64,000 nucleotides of DNA from Macrostomum hystrix (taxonomy: Eukaryota; Animalia; Platyhelminthes). A program made the translations under genes and the position numbers. Shown piece after piece: positions 37,269 to 48,900 of the stretch. Under the pieces are notes generated by a model. The model ran no database searches, was not told the DNA's origin, and saw nothing but the letters and a program-made list of their open reading frames with translations. How positions within the stretch are numbered: the stretch's first letter is position 1; each line of letters starts with the position of its first letter. The stretch is taken from positions 25,172,001 through 25,236,000 of the forward strand of contig CATNEN010000038.1 in NCBI GenBank assembly GCA_950097015.1, given 5' to 3'.

Positions 37269-38326
37269 CAGTGCTGGGCAAGTTAATCAAATTTTTTAAC
37301 TCGTTAGAAGTTAAAAATTTAATTCAATTAACTTCAAAAAAATTAACTGTAACTAGTTAAATATTAAACTTTTGCCAAAAATTGAACTTCTGAAAAGTTA
37401 AAAGTTAAAGTTAATTCCTACTCAACTCAATAATGCAAGTCTGAACATAGGGTGAAAGGCCGCTGCTAGCACGCATGACTCATTATTGAACTGTCGTTCA
37501 AACCGAGAATTAATGCCATCAAGCAGGGACAGCACCAGAGAAGAGCAGTACTCGAGTTCAGTTTGGCTCATGCTCTCCAACTTGGATCTTGTTACGACTA
37601 CTGTTGGTAGTTGGTAGTAGGATGCCAAAGTAGGCGTACGTCTCTCCTTGAATGATGTCGAGGGCGTGCGCAACAGGCTTCATCACGTGAACATATTCCT
37701 TGAGGAATGCGACGTCGTCCACATGGAAAGGTGGTATCTGCAGGCGCAATTCTTCCATGCTCTGGTTGAGAGCTAGACGCTTTCCTTTGTCAAAAATGTC
37801 GCACAGGACACTCAAACTATCAAAAAGTGAGTTCCAGCGAGTTGCATTCGGCACCTGTAGCCTGCGGCCAAGTTTTTGTGCAATTGCATCTGCAGCAACA
37901 GTACTACGACCTTGCGAATTCCATTAAGCCTGTTCTTTGCCAAGGGTCTTCCGAAATTACAACCGAAAGGCACCATTAGAAGCCACAGCTTTCAATGCAT
38001 CAGTAGTGGCTATTAGGTTGAACGTGTGGGCAGCACATCGCATATGAGCTGGCAGTTCCTTCACTTCGTCAACTGCTTCAGAGAGCACATCATGAATTAT
38101 AGGAACAACAGTGACTTCAATCTGTTCAGGACTTTCTTTTTTAAAAAGTTGAAAATCTTCCTAGAAAAAATATAGAAAAAAACCATGAAAGAATAAAGAA
38201 TTGAACAAAGAAATAAGCAAGTTTTGTCATTTAACTTTAACTTACAGAAAAAATTAACGATTTTTGTTAACTAGTTAATACATAACAAGATTTAACGAAA
38301 GTTAACAATTTAAAAAAAAATTAACT
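37269..38326 (-). mobile_element. Degraded hAT (Ac/zBED-like) transposon fragment
   Basis: Frameshifted transposase pieces HMRCAAHTFNL, PNATRWNS, LAAAFHPMF; terminus CAGTGCTGGGCAAGTTAA and (A)GTTAA subterminal repeats. Confidence 0.85.
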
Positions 38327-38770
38327 ACGAGTGGTGTTTCAATAGTTTCCGGACTGACGTCACCATTTTGAGTTGAAATAGCCAAATCACTTGAAATTTG
38401 ATTTGCAATTGCAATAAGATTATTTTTATTATGTCCTAAAATTTCAGCGCAATCGGATTAACTGATCAAAAGTTGTACTGAATTTTGCATTAAACATCGA
38501 AAACAACAAATGCGATTTTTGGATTTCAGTTTCAAGCGATCACTCCTAATCACTGTCAGAGTCACTGATACCGTCGGCTGTGTCGCGAGGCTGACAGCTT
38601 GCGCGCTCTACGTACTCGCCTTCGATGGAGATGCACTTCTTGTAGCGCTCAATTAGCGCGTCGAAGCCAGCCTCCCAGAATTCAGCCTTCAGCTGACTAA
38701 GCGACTGATTGGTGGCATTGATGACTTCGTCACGAGTTGAGAAGATCTGACCACGCAGTTGTGAAGCATA
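38327..38770 (-). mobile_element. Truncated mariner element (3' end + one TIR)
   Basis: TA-CGAGTGGTGTTTCAATAGT terminus; minus-strand peptide LRGQIFSTRDEV...LIERYKKCISIEGEYVE is a mariner C-terminus. Confidence 0.8.
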
Positions 38771-39349
38771 TTCCGAATAAAGTGCATATCAACCGAACTA
38801 TTCACAAAATCTCATCGAAATGACTCACAAACATGTAGCTGTGGTTACGGTCGGGCTGTGGCTGAGTAATTACGAACAATTGGCTAAAATTAGTTTCTTT
38901 CGCAAGACACCCACTATCAAGCTTTATAGTAAGAATTCTGAAACTAACTCTTATCTCGTATAAGTTGATTGGGTTTTGAAATATAATTGTTGTATACCAG
39001 TAACACATGATTTCATTTGAATTGAAAGTTTAATTGAAGGTGAGTAGTGAATGAAAGGTTGCGACGACTGCAGTTATACAATGCGAGTAAATAACTAGAG
39101 ATTTCTAGAGGCAGAGAATATATTTAAGAACTCCAGTAAAGTATTCTTCAGTTGATCGCGACGCAGGCAAATGAGAGATCGAGTTTTGCCGCCTATACGT
39201 TGTCATGCCGCGACTCTTACTGTAAATCAACAGGCAAACTTTTTTTGCTGTAGATTCAACTTTCGCTCTTGTTTATCAGAAAACATGAAAAAACTATTGC
39301 AAAAATGAAGGAATTTTATCAGTAATTTCTCGTCCTCGTCCATTAAATA

Positions 39350-40337
39350 TCAAGGCAATCCTGCCACCATGCACTCGAAAGTCTTCATAGAATAATAGTG
39401 CGTCAGCGGATACTTTGAATCCAGACCATGAAAGGTCAGGCCATCAGCATGCAGAGGATCTGTCAGATTGAAGGCAGTTGGTGGCGAGAAGTACCTGCCG
39501 TTTGGGTTGAAGCAGTGACATGCTTTGTACCACCAAGCACCTTGAAATGTATTAGCACAGCTGTGCGGGGCGTTGTCACGATCCCAGTCAGGAGTGCTGA
39601 ACATCATGCCGTCCAAATACACCTGAGAATTATGATCACAGGAGACAACGTTAGAGCTGGCCAGGTCCTGTGGCCCGACGCTCACTCGGTATCCCTGGTC
39701 GATGCCCTGCACCGCGAAGTACGTGTCCTCCCACCAGTAGCGAGTGCCGTTCCAGTCGCTCATCTCCCACCTCACTCGCCTGTCGCCGGCCCGAGTCAGC
39801 TGGTGAATCGCCTCCAGACCCATCCAGAAGTTCCTGTCCTCTCCCTGACCGAACTCCACCAGGTAGTCAGTCCAGTTCCGGTAGAAATCAACAGAGCCGT
39901 CCACCCGGTGCTGGAATGTCCGCCAGCAGGTGCGTCCGCGCTCATCGAGTCGTCTCACCTGCAACCGCGTGAAATCAATCAGTCTTTCCACAGAGGCCAC
40001 ATATTCTGTACAAGAGGAGTGGCATGGCAAACATTCAATGTAAACTCACCAGCAGCAGAGGCAAGCTCGAGTTTCTCGCATTGCGGCACTTCCTGCATCC
40101 GCTCTGTCCGAGCAGGCAGCTGAACAGGCGGCAGGTGCGGAGGTCTGCGTCGAAGCGCACGGCCTGGTGCTGAGGCCCAGCCAGCAGGGCGCACTCGGAG
40201 TCGCTTCTCACGCTCGCAGTCGACGCATCAAGCAGGTACTCGCTCAGGTCGTCTCGCTGCTCCGCAAAGTGACTTTGAGCATGCACTGTTCGATAGCAGA
40301 CGCAGTGCAGGAGTAGAAAAATGAGCACAGTCGTCAT
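39350..40337 (-). CDS. Secreted fibrinogen-related protein (signal peptide + PAN/Apple-like module + FBG), copy 2, about 298 aa
   Basis: Exons 40050-40337 and 39350-39958; same intron and FBG motifs as copy 1. Confidence 0.9.
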
Positions 40338-40899
40338 GTCTATCGTTGCCTTGTAAAGCAGAATTAAATCGGAAGAGTTTTCATCTTTAGTTATTTGTTT
40401 CTTGAATTAGCCGTGGACTTTATGCTTCATAGGCTGCTTGAATTGGCTTGATGCTTGTTTTCATACTGGCTTAAATTTGCGCGAAACCCCAGAGCTCATT
40501 AGTTTTGCTGCAACAGCCTTGCCTGAATTGTTAAATTATTCAGTTTTGGAGTAGTGCCAGCTTTCAGCCTGGCTTCAAACTACATACGCATTACTTTATT
40601 TTGTAAGACATGAAAGCTAGTTTTTGCGATGAAGGGAGGCTTTCCTAATGAGAAGCGGTGCAAATGCAAACGGAGGTGCTTAAGTTTTTGTCCCATGCAG
40701 TTCCTTTCATTGAAAGATTTTAAGGAATATTTTAATTGGCTCAGTTTTTCCTCATCATTATTTAGCTATGCTATATGCTATGCAATGCCATACATTTCGG
40801 CATCATTTTCGGCATCTAGATGCTAGCTAGAGTAGTCCACGGCCAAAACGCTTGTTCTCTAGATCATATATGTGGGTCTCTAATTTTGACTTTTTACTT

Positions 40900-42290
40900 T
40901 TGAATGAGACGTTAGGGATGAGACAGGGGAGAAATGAGACGGTATGGATGAGACGGGAGAAATGAAACGGTAGGGATGAGACGGGAGAAATGAGACGTTA
41001 GGGATGAGACAGGGGAGAAATGAGACGTTAGGGATGAGACAGGGGAGAAATGAAACGGTAGGGATGAGACGGGAGAAATCAAACGGTATGGATGAGACAG
41101 GGGAGAAATGAAACGGTATGGATGAGACGGGAGAAATGAGACGTTAGGGATGAGACAAGGGAGAAATGAGACGTTAGGGATGAGACAGGGGAGAAATGAG
41201 GCGGTAGGGATGAGACAGGGGAGAAATGAAACGGTAGGGATGAGACGGGAGAAATGAAACGGTATGGATGAGACGGGAGAAATGAGACGTTAGGGATGAG
41301 ACAGGGGAGAAATGAGACGTTAGGGATGAGACAGGGGAGAAATGAAACGGTAGGGATGAGACAGGGGAGAAATGAGACGGTAGGGATGAGACAGGGGAGA
41401 AATGAAACGGTAGGGATGAGACAGGGGAGAAATGAGACGGTAGGGATGAGACAGGGGAGAAATGAAACGGTAGGGATGAGACAGGGGAGAAATGAGACGG
41501 TGGGGATGAGACAGGGGAGAAATGAAACGGTAGGGATGAGACAGGGGAGAAATGAAACGGTAGGGATGAGACGGGGGAGAAATGAAACGGTAGGGATGAG
41601 ACAGGGGAGAAATGAAACGGTAGGGATGAGACGGGGGAGAAATGAAACGGTAGGGATGAGACAGGGGAGAAATGAAACGGTATGGATGAGACGGGAGAAA
41701 TGAGACATTAGGGATGAGACGGGAGAAATGAAACGGTATGGATGAGACGGGAGAAATGAGACATTAGGGATGAGACGGGAGAAATGAGACGTTAGGGATG
41801 AGACAGGGGAGAAATGAGACGTTAGGGATGAGACAGGGGAGAAATGAGACGGTAGGGATGAGACAGGGGAGAAATTAAACGGTAGGGATGAGACAGGGGA
41901 GAAATGAAACGGTAGGGATGAGACAGGGGAGAAATGAAACGGTAGGGATGAGACAGGGGAGAAATGAAACGGTAGGGATGAGACAGGGGAGAAATGAAAC
42001 GGTAGGGATGAGACAGGGGAGAAATGAAACGGTAGGGATGAGACGGGGGAGAAATGAAACGGTAGGGATGAGACGGGAGAAATGAAACGGTAGGGATGAG
42101 ACGGGGGAGAAATGAAACGGTAGGGATGAGACAGGGGAGAAATGAAACGGTAGGGATGAGACAGGGGAGAAATGAAACGGTAGGGATGAGAGAGGGGAGA
42201 AATGAAACGGTAGGGATGAGACAGGGGAGAAATGAGACGGTATGGATGAGACAGGGGAGAAATGAAAGGGTTGGGTTGAGACAGGGGAGA
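40900..42290. repeat. Minisatellite, 28-30-bp unit (ATGAGACAGGGGAGAAATGAAACGGTAGGG)
   Basis: About 47 copies; source of the MRQGRNETVG ORFs. Confidence 0.96.
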
Positions 42291-42907
42291 GAAATAAGAG
42301 ATAAGGCAGATTAGTTAGGGGAGAGATGGGAAGGGAATAAATGAGACTAGGGAAGGGATGGGATAGATCAGACAACAGAGCAGCATTGTGTTGGGTCTGT
42401 GTCTGGCTGGCGACCCAGGGTTTTCCAACAACCAGTTTTGAAGCTTCTAGACAGTGGCAATCTATTTTAAATTTGTGAAAAATTACCAAATATTTTAGTT
42501 TCTACGGCATTCGTTCCTTGCTAATGACAGCCTGAACACACAGACAAACTCAACCGTTTCCTTTCTTACCGCGTGACTAGAAAGTTCGCGCATAATTTGC
42601 ACTAAATGAGACGCTGAACGCTTTTAGTATAGGTGTGCCGCCATTCTGTACACTAAGAGTAGAAAGACATTTTTGCTCTTCTGAAAATAGCTATGACGGC
42701 AACTTGAGCTACAGCACATTAGCAAGCAGTACAGAAAAATGTTGTAAAGTTAGAAACCAGGTAGTCAACATCCAGACACAGTTTAATTTCAGTTGCTTTT
42801 ACTACTTGGAAAAAGAAGAATATTTATAGCTAGACCCTAGCAAGGCGAGAGCTGGGCAGCAACCAGAACACAAACACGGCCGAATAGCTAAGATTTTCTC
42901 TGAGAAA

Positions 42908-45900
42908 ATGACTGGTCAATTTGCCACCTGGGAGCAACTGGACTGCATTGGAGCCGGGGGTCAGGCGAGAGTCTTCAAAGTGCGCACTGACCGAGGGGAA
43001 TTATTGGCCGCCAAATACCTGGAACTGCCACCGGGCGTTGAGACTGCAGCTTCAGCTGTCACGGAGGCCGAGCTGCTGTGCAAGCTGAATCACAGGAACA
43101 TTGTTCAGTTTGCTGCCACCAGAATGGACCCGGCCTCTGAGCAGCGTCTGGTGCTATTCACTGAGCTCATCGATGGTCAAACACTGCGTTGCGTGATCAA
43201 TGGCCAGCCCTTGGGAGAGGCCAGGATTCGAGTTTACAGTCTGCAGGTTTGCGCCTTAAACTCAAGTCAAATAGTTGACTCTAGTTGAACTGGCTAAATT
43301 ACGTAGTGGGTGTGGTGCTCCTGCTGTGATTGGTGGGATTACAAGTTTAATCGTAGATAAAGATAAAGCGCTGATCCGATTGGGTCAGCGCGGCGCATCT
43401 GAAGGCTGCGTTCGGCTGTTCAGTCCATGGACAGGGGGGACGCCACTCCCGCCCTCAATTACCCCAGCTAATGCTGGCACCCATTTAAGAGCTGGGTTAA
43501 CTGAAACGATGCAGAGTTAAGTGTCCTGCTAAAGGTCACAAATTGTTCTAGTGGAGTCGGGAATCGAGCCCCGGACTTTCAAGTCGTGAGTCCGACGCTC
43601 TAATAGCTAGGCTAAAACCCCTGCTCCGTTATAAAATAAAGACCCTAACACGCCTTCCAACTTTCAGCTAGCTGAGGCACTGTACTACATCCACACGCGT
43701 CGACCGCCTGTACTTCACCGCGACGTCAACTGCAACAACGTCATGATTCGACCAGACGACACTCTGAAACTCATCGACTTCGGCCTATCCACATGTCTGC
43801 AACCGATTGAAGACGCATCCGCGTCAGTCGCTGGCTCGACCGTGAACTCTACGGCCAGCAGTCGTCAACAGTTGGGCACAGTGGGTTTCCTAGCCCCGGA
43901 GATTCTCTATAGGAAGGAGAAGGTGGGCATCGCTCAGTACAGCGCTCAGTCAGACGTTTGGGCCTTCGGCTGCACCGTGTACCAGATGGCGACGGGTCAG
44001 GCGCCCTACTGCTCATCGCAGCCAGCTGTCTACATCTACCGCGTGGTGAAACAGGGCGCTCCGCAGCTGCCGAAGGCGACCTTCTCTGAGGAGCTGCGTC
44101 AGTTTTACAAGGGCTGCGTGTGCAAAGATAGACGTCGTCGATTCACGTCTGGTGATCTTCTGCAGCAGAACTTCCTTCTTTACAGGTATTAGCGCACTAG
44201 GGCCTGGATACGATCGATTCAGTATCAATGACTAGTAGATTACAAGTACTAGTACTAAAGTACGATTAAAGTACAAGTACCATACTAAAGTACAACTAAA
44301 GTACCTACCTAACTGCTACTAAAGTGCTACCTAACTACTAGTGGTCCCTGTTCGATTACAGCCCAACTTATCGACAGCTGTAGGTAATAAAAATTATCAT
44401 TAAAGTTTAAACCGCAGTCTCATGAGTCCTACTGAGTCCTGTATGGAAAATGCATAACGTCAAAAAACTCTCCACCGAGTCAGGCCCGATGAACTTCGCG
44501 AGCTGCGCCAGCTAGTGCAAGACTATCAGCGTCAGTGCGCCGAAGTTGTTCAACTGCACTCGCGCGAAGAGCAGCAGGCGGCTGAGCGGCAGCGCAAGCG
44601 AATAGCGGCCGTCAGCACCGAGGTGGCGCGAGAGCGTCAGCGTCTAAATCAACGATTGGCTGCGGCGAAGAAGGTTGCGCGGAAGTCTGCAGCCAGGCGT
44701 CAGAGAGAGGCGGAGCAACGGGCCAGGTGAAATGAGCTTTACCTATGCCAGGAAACGTAGGAAACCTTAAAAGAAAAATCTGCCTTCTTAACTTTTTTAA
44801 GAAATGTAGTTGCCGTCCTTCTAGCTAGTAGTCCTTGGCCCAACGATGCGTCTGTGGCCAATAATGTCGGCAAATACTGAAAACATTCCACAGGGGGCGT
44901 TCGCGACGTTCTCGTAGGCATTCGGGCGTGGAAGACATTGAACCGTCGGAGGTGTCAGCAGCCGAAACTGACAGAGCGGAGACGGCGAAGCAGCTAGCTC
45001 AGGATCTAGAGTCAGCCATGGACTCTTACAGACGCGATCTGCTAGATGCCGAGCTGAGACACTCGGAGCAGCTGTTGGCACTGCAGACTGAGGGCATTGT
45101 GGAGCGGGCGGCACTGCAGCTGGAGCTGGACACCAGGCTGGTCATGCTGAAGAGCGCCGAGGCCACCGCCAGGTTTGACAAGGTGCGAAAATCTTCAATA
45201 TGAGATATCTTATCTAGAGCTGGAGTTACTGAATTAGACTTTGAAATTAAATGTCTTCGCTCAAAGCTGAGAATCGAACTCCCAACCTCACGGTCATAAG
45301 TACGAAGCCTTAACTACTGAGCTACGTCTGAGAGCAGTTTAGTCCATGGACTAAAGTGACAGCCAAACCCACCCGAAAAAATAGGCTGAGTGAACAGATG
45401 CAAAAATGCCCTCAGGTACTAAGTTACTTAAGGACATGTCATTACTCCCCCCTTCTCTCTGTTTACGCTCGCGCGTACTATCGCTCCTCTCTCCCTTCTC
45501 TCTCTCCCTTCACGGGCCAGATACGGCCCGCGAAGCTCCCAAATCCGGCCCGTTGCGCCTTCCGACACCTGCAGTATCCTGTTGCATCTTTGCCCTGTCT
45601 CATGCACTGTCATTGCCCCGGTCTAACTTACCGTGTCTCATCTCTCCTGTCTTAACTCCCCGTCATTTCTTCTCTGTCTCATGTCTCAACTATTTCATAT
45701 CTTTGCAGTCAATGCGGCCCGCTGTCGCCTTTTAATTGGTTTCTCTCTTTCGCGCGCTAGCTACGAGGGGTGTCCAAAAAGTAGTGATACTTTTGCTCGT
45801 ATAGCCTTACTGCATGCTTGAAAATCAGCAAGTTTGGTGTTGTTGGAAAGCGAAAAATATCAGCCTTAATTTGACTAAAAAATCATCCTCATATGTTGTT

Positions 45901-48900
45901 TTTTAAAAAAGTTATCACTGTCTATTTGAGCAAGGGTTGCTCATAGACTTACAAAAATACTGTATGGTTGACTTTGTTGAGTTTTTATCTGCCTCAAAGA
46001 TTCATGAAGCTTTAGAGCTTAACAAATCAATAAATGTAAACCAATAAATACTGGGGTAGCATTTTACGAGCGTACGAGGGTTGCTTTTTTGTCTGTGGTA
46101 AATTGTGGCTAAGTCTTCTTCGCACTGCCTGCTTGCTTCTGCCTGCCTGCCTGCTTCTGCACTGCCAGCTCATTTTTCTTTCACAAGTGCTTGCTTTTTC
46201 AAGACCAGATTCTGTTCAACTGACAGTTATGGACGTGCGCTCAAAGGAAGGACAGCGACACGCAATTCACACACTATGGAGTATTGGGAAAAGTGGGCAG
46301 GAGATTTACCATCATCTGTGCAGCATTCACGGAGCTGAAGCAGTAAGTCGCATGACGGTGTACAGATGGGTCGAGCAATTTGAGTCAGGAAGAACAAATT
46401 TGGCTGACTTGCCAAGGCCAGGAAGGCCATCTACACCAAGCTCAAAGGCTTTGGCTGACCGGATTCTTGATCTGCTGGAAGAAGACTGCAGAATGACAGT
46501 TCGTGAGATTGCTGACAGACTCGACACGCCACGATCAACGGTTCATCTCTGCCTGACCAATATGAACTTCGTTAAGCTGAGCGCCCGCTGGGTCCCAAAG
46601 CTCCTCACTGCTGATATGCGACTGCAGCGCCAGCAGACATGCCAAGGGAACCTGAATCTGGTAAGTCAACGCGGTGGCTGGAATCAGTTCCGCCAGTTGA
46701 TTGTTACTGGCGACGAGACGTGGGTTCCACATTTTGACCCGCCGACAAAGCAAGAGTCTAAAGTGTGGACACTTAAGGGTTCCGACCCACCACTCAAGGC
46801 TCGCCGTGAAACTCACTGTAAGAAAATCATGCTGTCAGTTTTCTTTGACTGTAATGGCCCAATCACCATTGACTTCCTGGAGCCGAATACGATGATCAAC
46901 GCAGACCGTTATTCGTCTCTCCTTGCAAGCCTGAAGGCAGACATCCAAAATAAGCGGCGCTCGGGAGTCAAGCCAGTCATCCTGCATCATGACAACGCCC
47001 GGCCGCACACTGCCCACCAAACAATGGAGGCCATCAAAAAGCTAAAGTTTGACCTTCTGCCTCATCCGCCATATTCGCCAGATCTCGCGCCTGCAGATTT
47101 TGCCCTTTTCCCTCAATTGAAGCGCCACCTGAGGGGCCGTGTCCATGTCAGCCGTGATCACCTGGAACAGGAAGTCCGCAGAGTACTTTTGCACGTGATT
47201 CCGCGACAGATCTACGCAGATGCAATTGATCACTTGTTTCGTCGCTGGGAGAAGTGCGTGCAATCGGGGGGTAATTATGTCGAGAAAGCTTCCCTCCCTG
47301 ATGATGATGAGTCATACTAACTGTCGAAACTTCTTGACCTGTTACACCATGCATAAATTCATTGTAACTCTATGGCTGACCTTGTTGTGTGTTTCTATTC
47401 ATAACTTTGTTATAGGTTGTGTTTTTGTTAAATGTTTGCAGTCAAATTAAGGCTGATATTTTTCGCTTTCCAACAACACCAAACTTGCTGATTTTCAAGC
47501 ATGCAGTAAGGCTGTACGAGCAAAAGTATCACTACTTTTTGGACACCCCTCGTATATTAACCAAGAGATAAGTAGGGGGCAGAGGGGTAAGGGCTGAAAA
47601 GGAGGGGGTGATGAAAGAGAAACGAACAGCTAGCCAATCAGAGACGAGGGAAAGGAAAGAGAAGTGAAGGTTAGATAATAAGTTGAACAGAGAGAGGGGG
47701 GAGAGGAGAAAGTGCAATAAGAGGGCGCGCGAGCGTAAACAAGCACAGAGAAAATGGGAATTTAGCTAAAATGTTAAACAGGAGTCGGCAAGCTTATTAC
47801 GACTCCGTCTAACCTTCACTTCTCTTTCCTTTCCCTCGTCTCTGATTGGCTAGCTGTTCGTTTCTCTTTCATCACCCCCTCCTTTTCAGCCCTTACCCCT
47901 CTGCCCCCTACTTATCTCTTGGTTAATATATTAGATTCTCGGCCTAGATGGCTTCGGCCTGTCGCTTTTCGATTCATACATTGACGTAAACACTAGCAGT
48001 CTAGACCTCTCGATGATTCGATGCAATTTTAGCGCTGCGTATCAAATCTCACACGCACACAACAGGAGCTGGAGCGGCACAGGCGTGAAGTGGAATCTCA
48101 GCGGTCCTCGCAGCTGCGCTCGCACGCCCTGGAACGTCGGCGTTGGCAGCGCCAGCTTGAAGCGGAACGGGTGACGCGGGCGCGGCAGTACAGGGAGAGC
48201 CTGACAGTTCTCGCCACTAGGCGCTCAACTAGCAGTTTGGATTCCGAGGCTGCAGCAGCGATGGAGCTGTCGGCCAGGTCGGCTGACGAATTCGCCGAGT
48301 CGCCGGCAGAACTGGAGCGGGTCCGGCTGGGCATGGAACGGCTGGAGGATCGCCTGGCCAGGTGAGCAGCTTGTGAAGTGATCCGACATGAAATTGTCTA
48401 GAGAGCGTAGTTCAATATTATTTGATAGAGCGGATATTGAAGGATCTTTAGACAGGCGGGTTAGGACGTGTTATGTGTTACGGGCGCAAGACGTGTAGTT
48501 TAAGTTGTTAGAAAGGTGGTAAACAGTAGAAAGAACACGGGGTATTTCAAATACCCACATTTTTTCTTCTTTTCCGTATCTCTTAAAATATTATACAAAT
48601 AGCCATGAAAATCCAGAACAGCTGGCTACACTCTATCCGATGAAACTACTTCCAGAATCACAAAACATCGGCATCGTCGAGATATTCAACGATTCTTGTC
48701 AGGTTGTCTAGTGACTCTAGTAGTCAAACCACCGATTAAAGCATCATTTTTTCTGCTCGTAAAAGTCGTTATCAACCACGTCGTCTATTATTGTAGACTT
48801 ATTTAGTTAATTATTATATTTGTAAGTCAATATGGACATGCCAAAGAGGTTTATTTATGGCAATGTTTGTTGTCACAAGGGTCTTCGACAAAAATCGCTG

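Noticed and set aside
41079-42489. Repeat ORFs here, at 49263-49865 and at 62395-63974
   Set aside because: Minisatellite artefacts.
46103-46228. Signal-peptide-like N-terminal extension on the transposase
   Set aside because: It depends on a TTG start; the first ATG at 46229 gives a normal-length mariner transposase.
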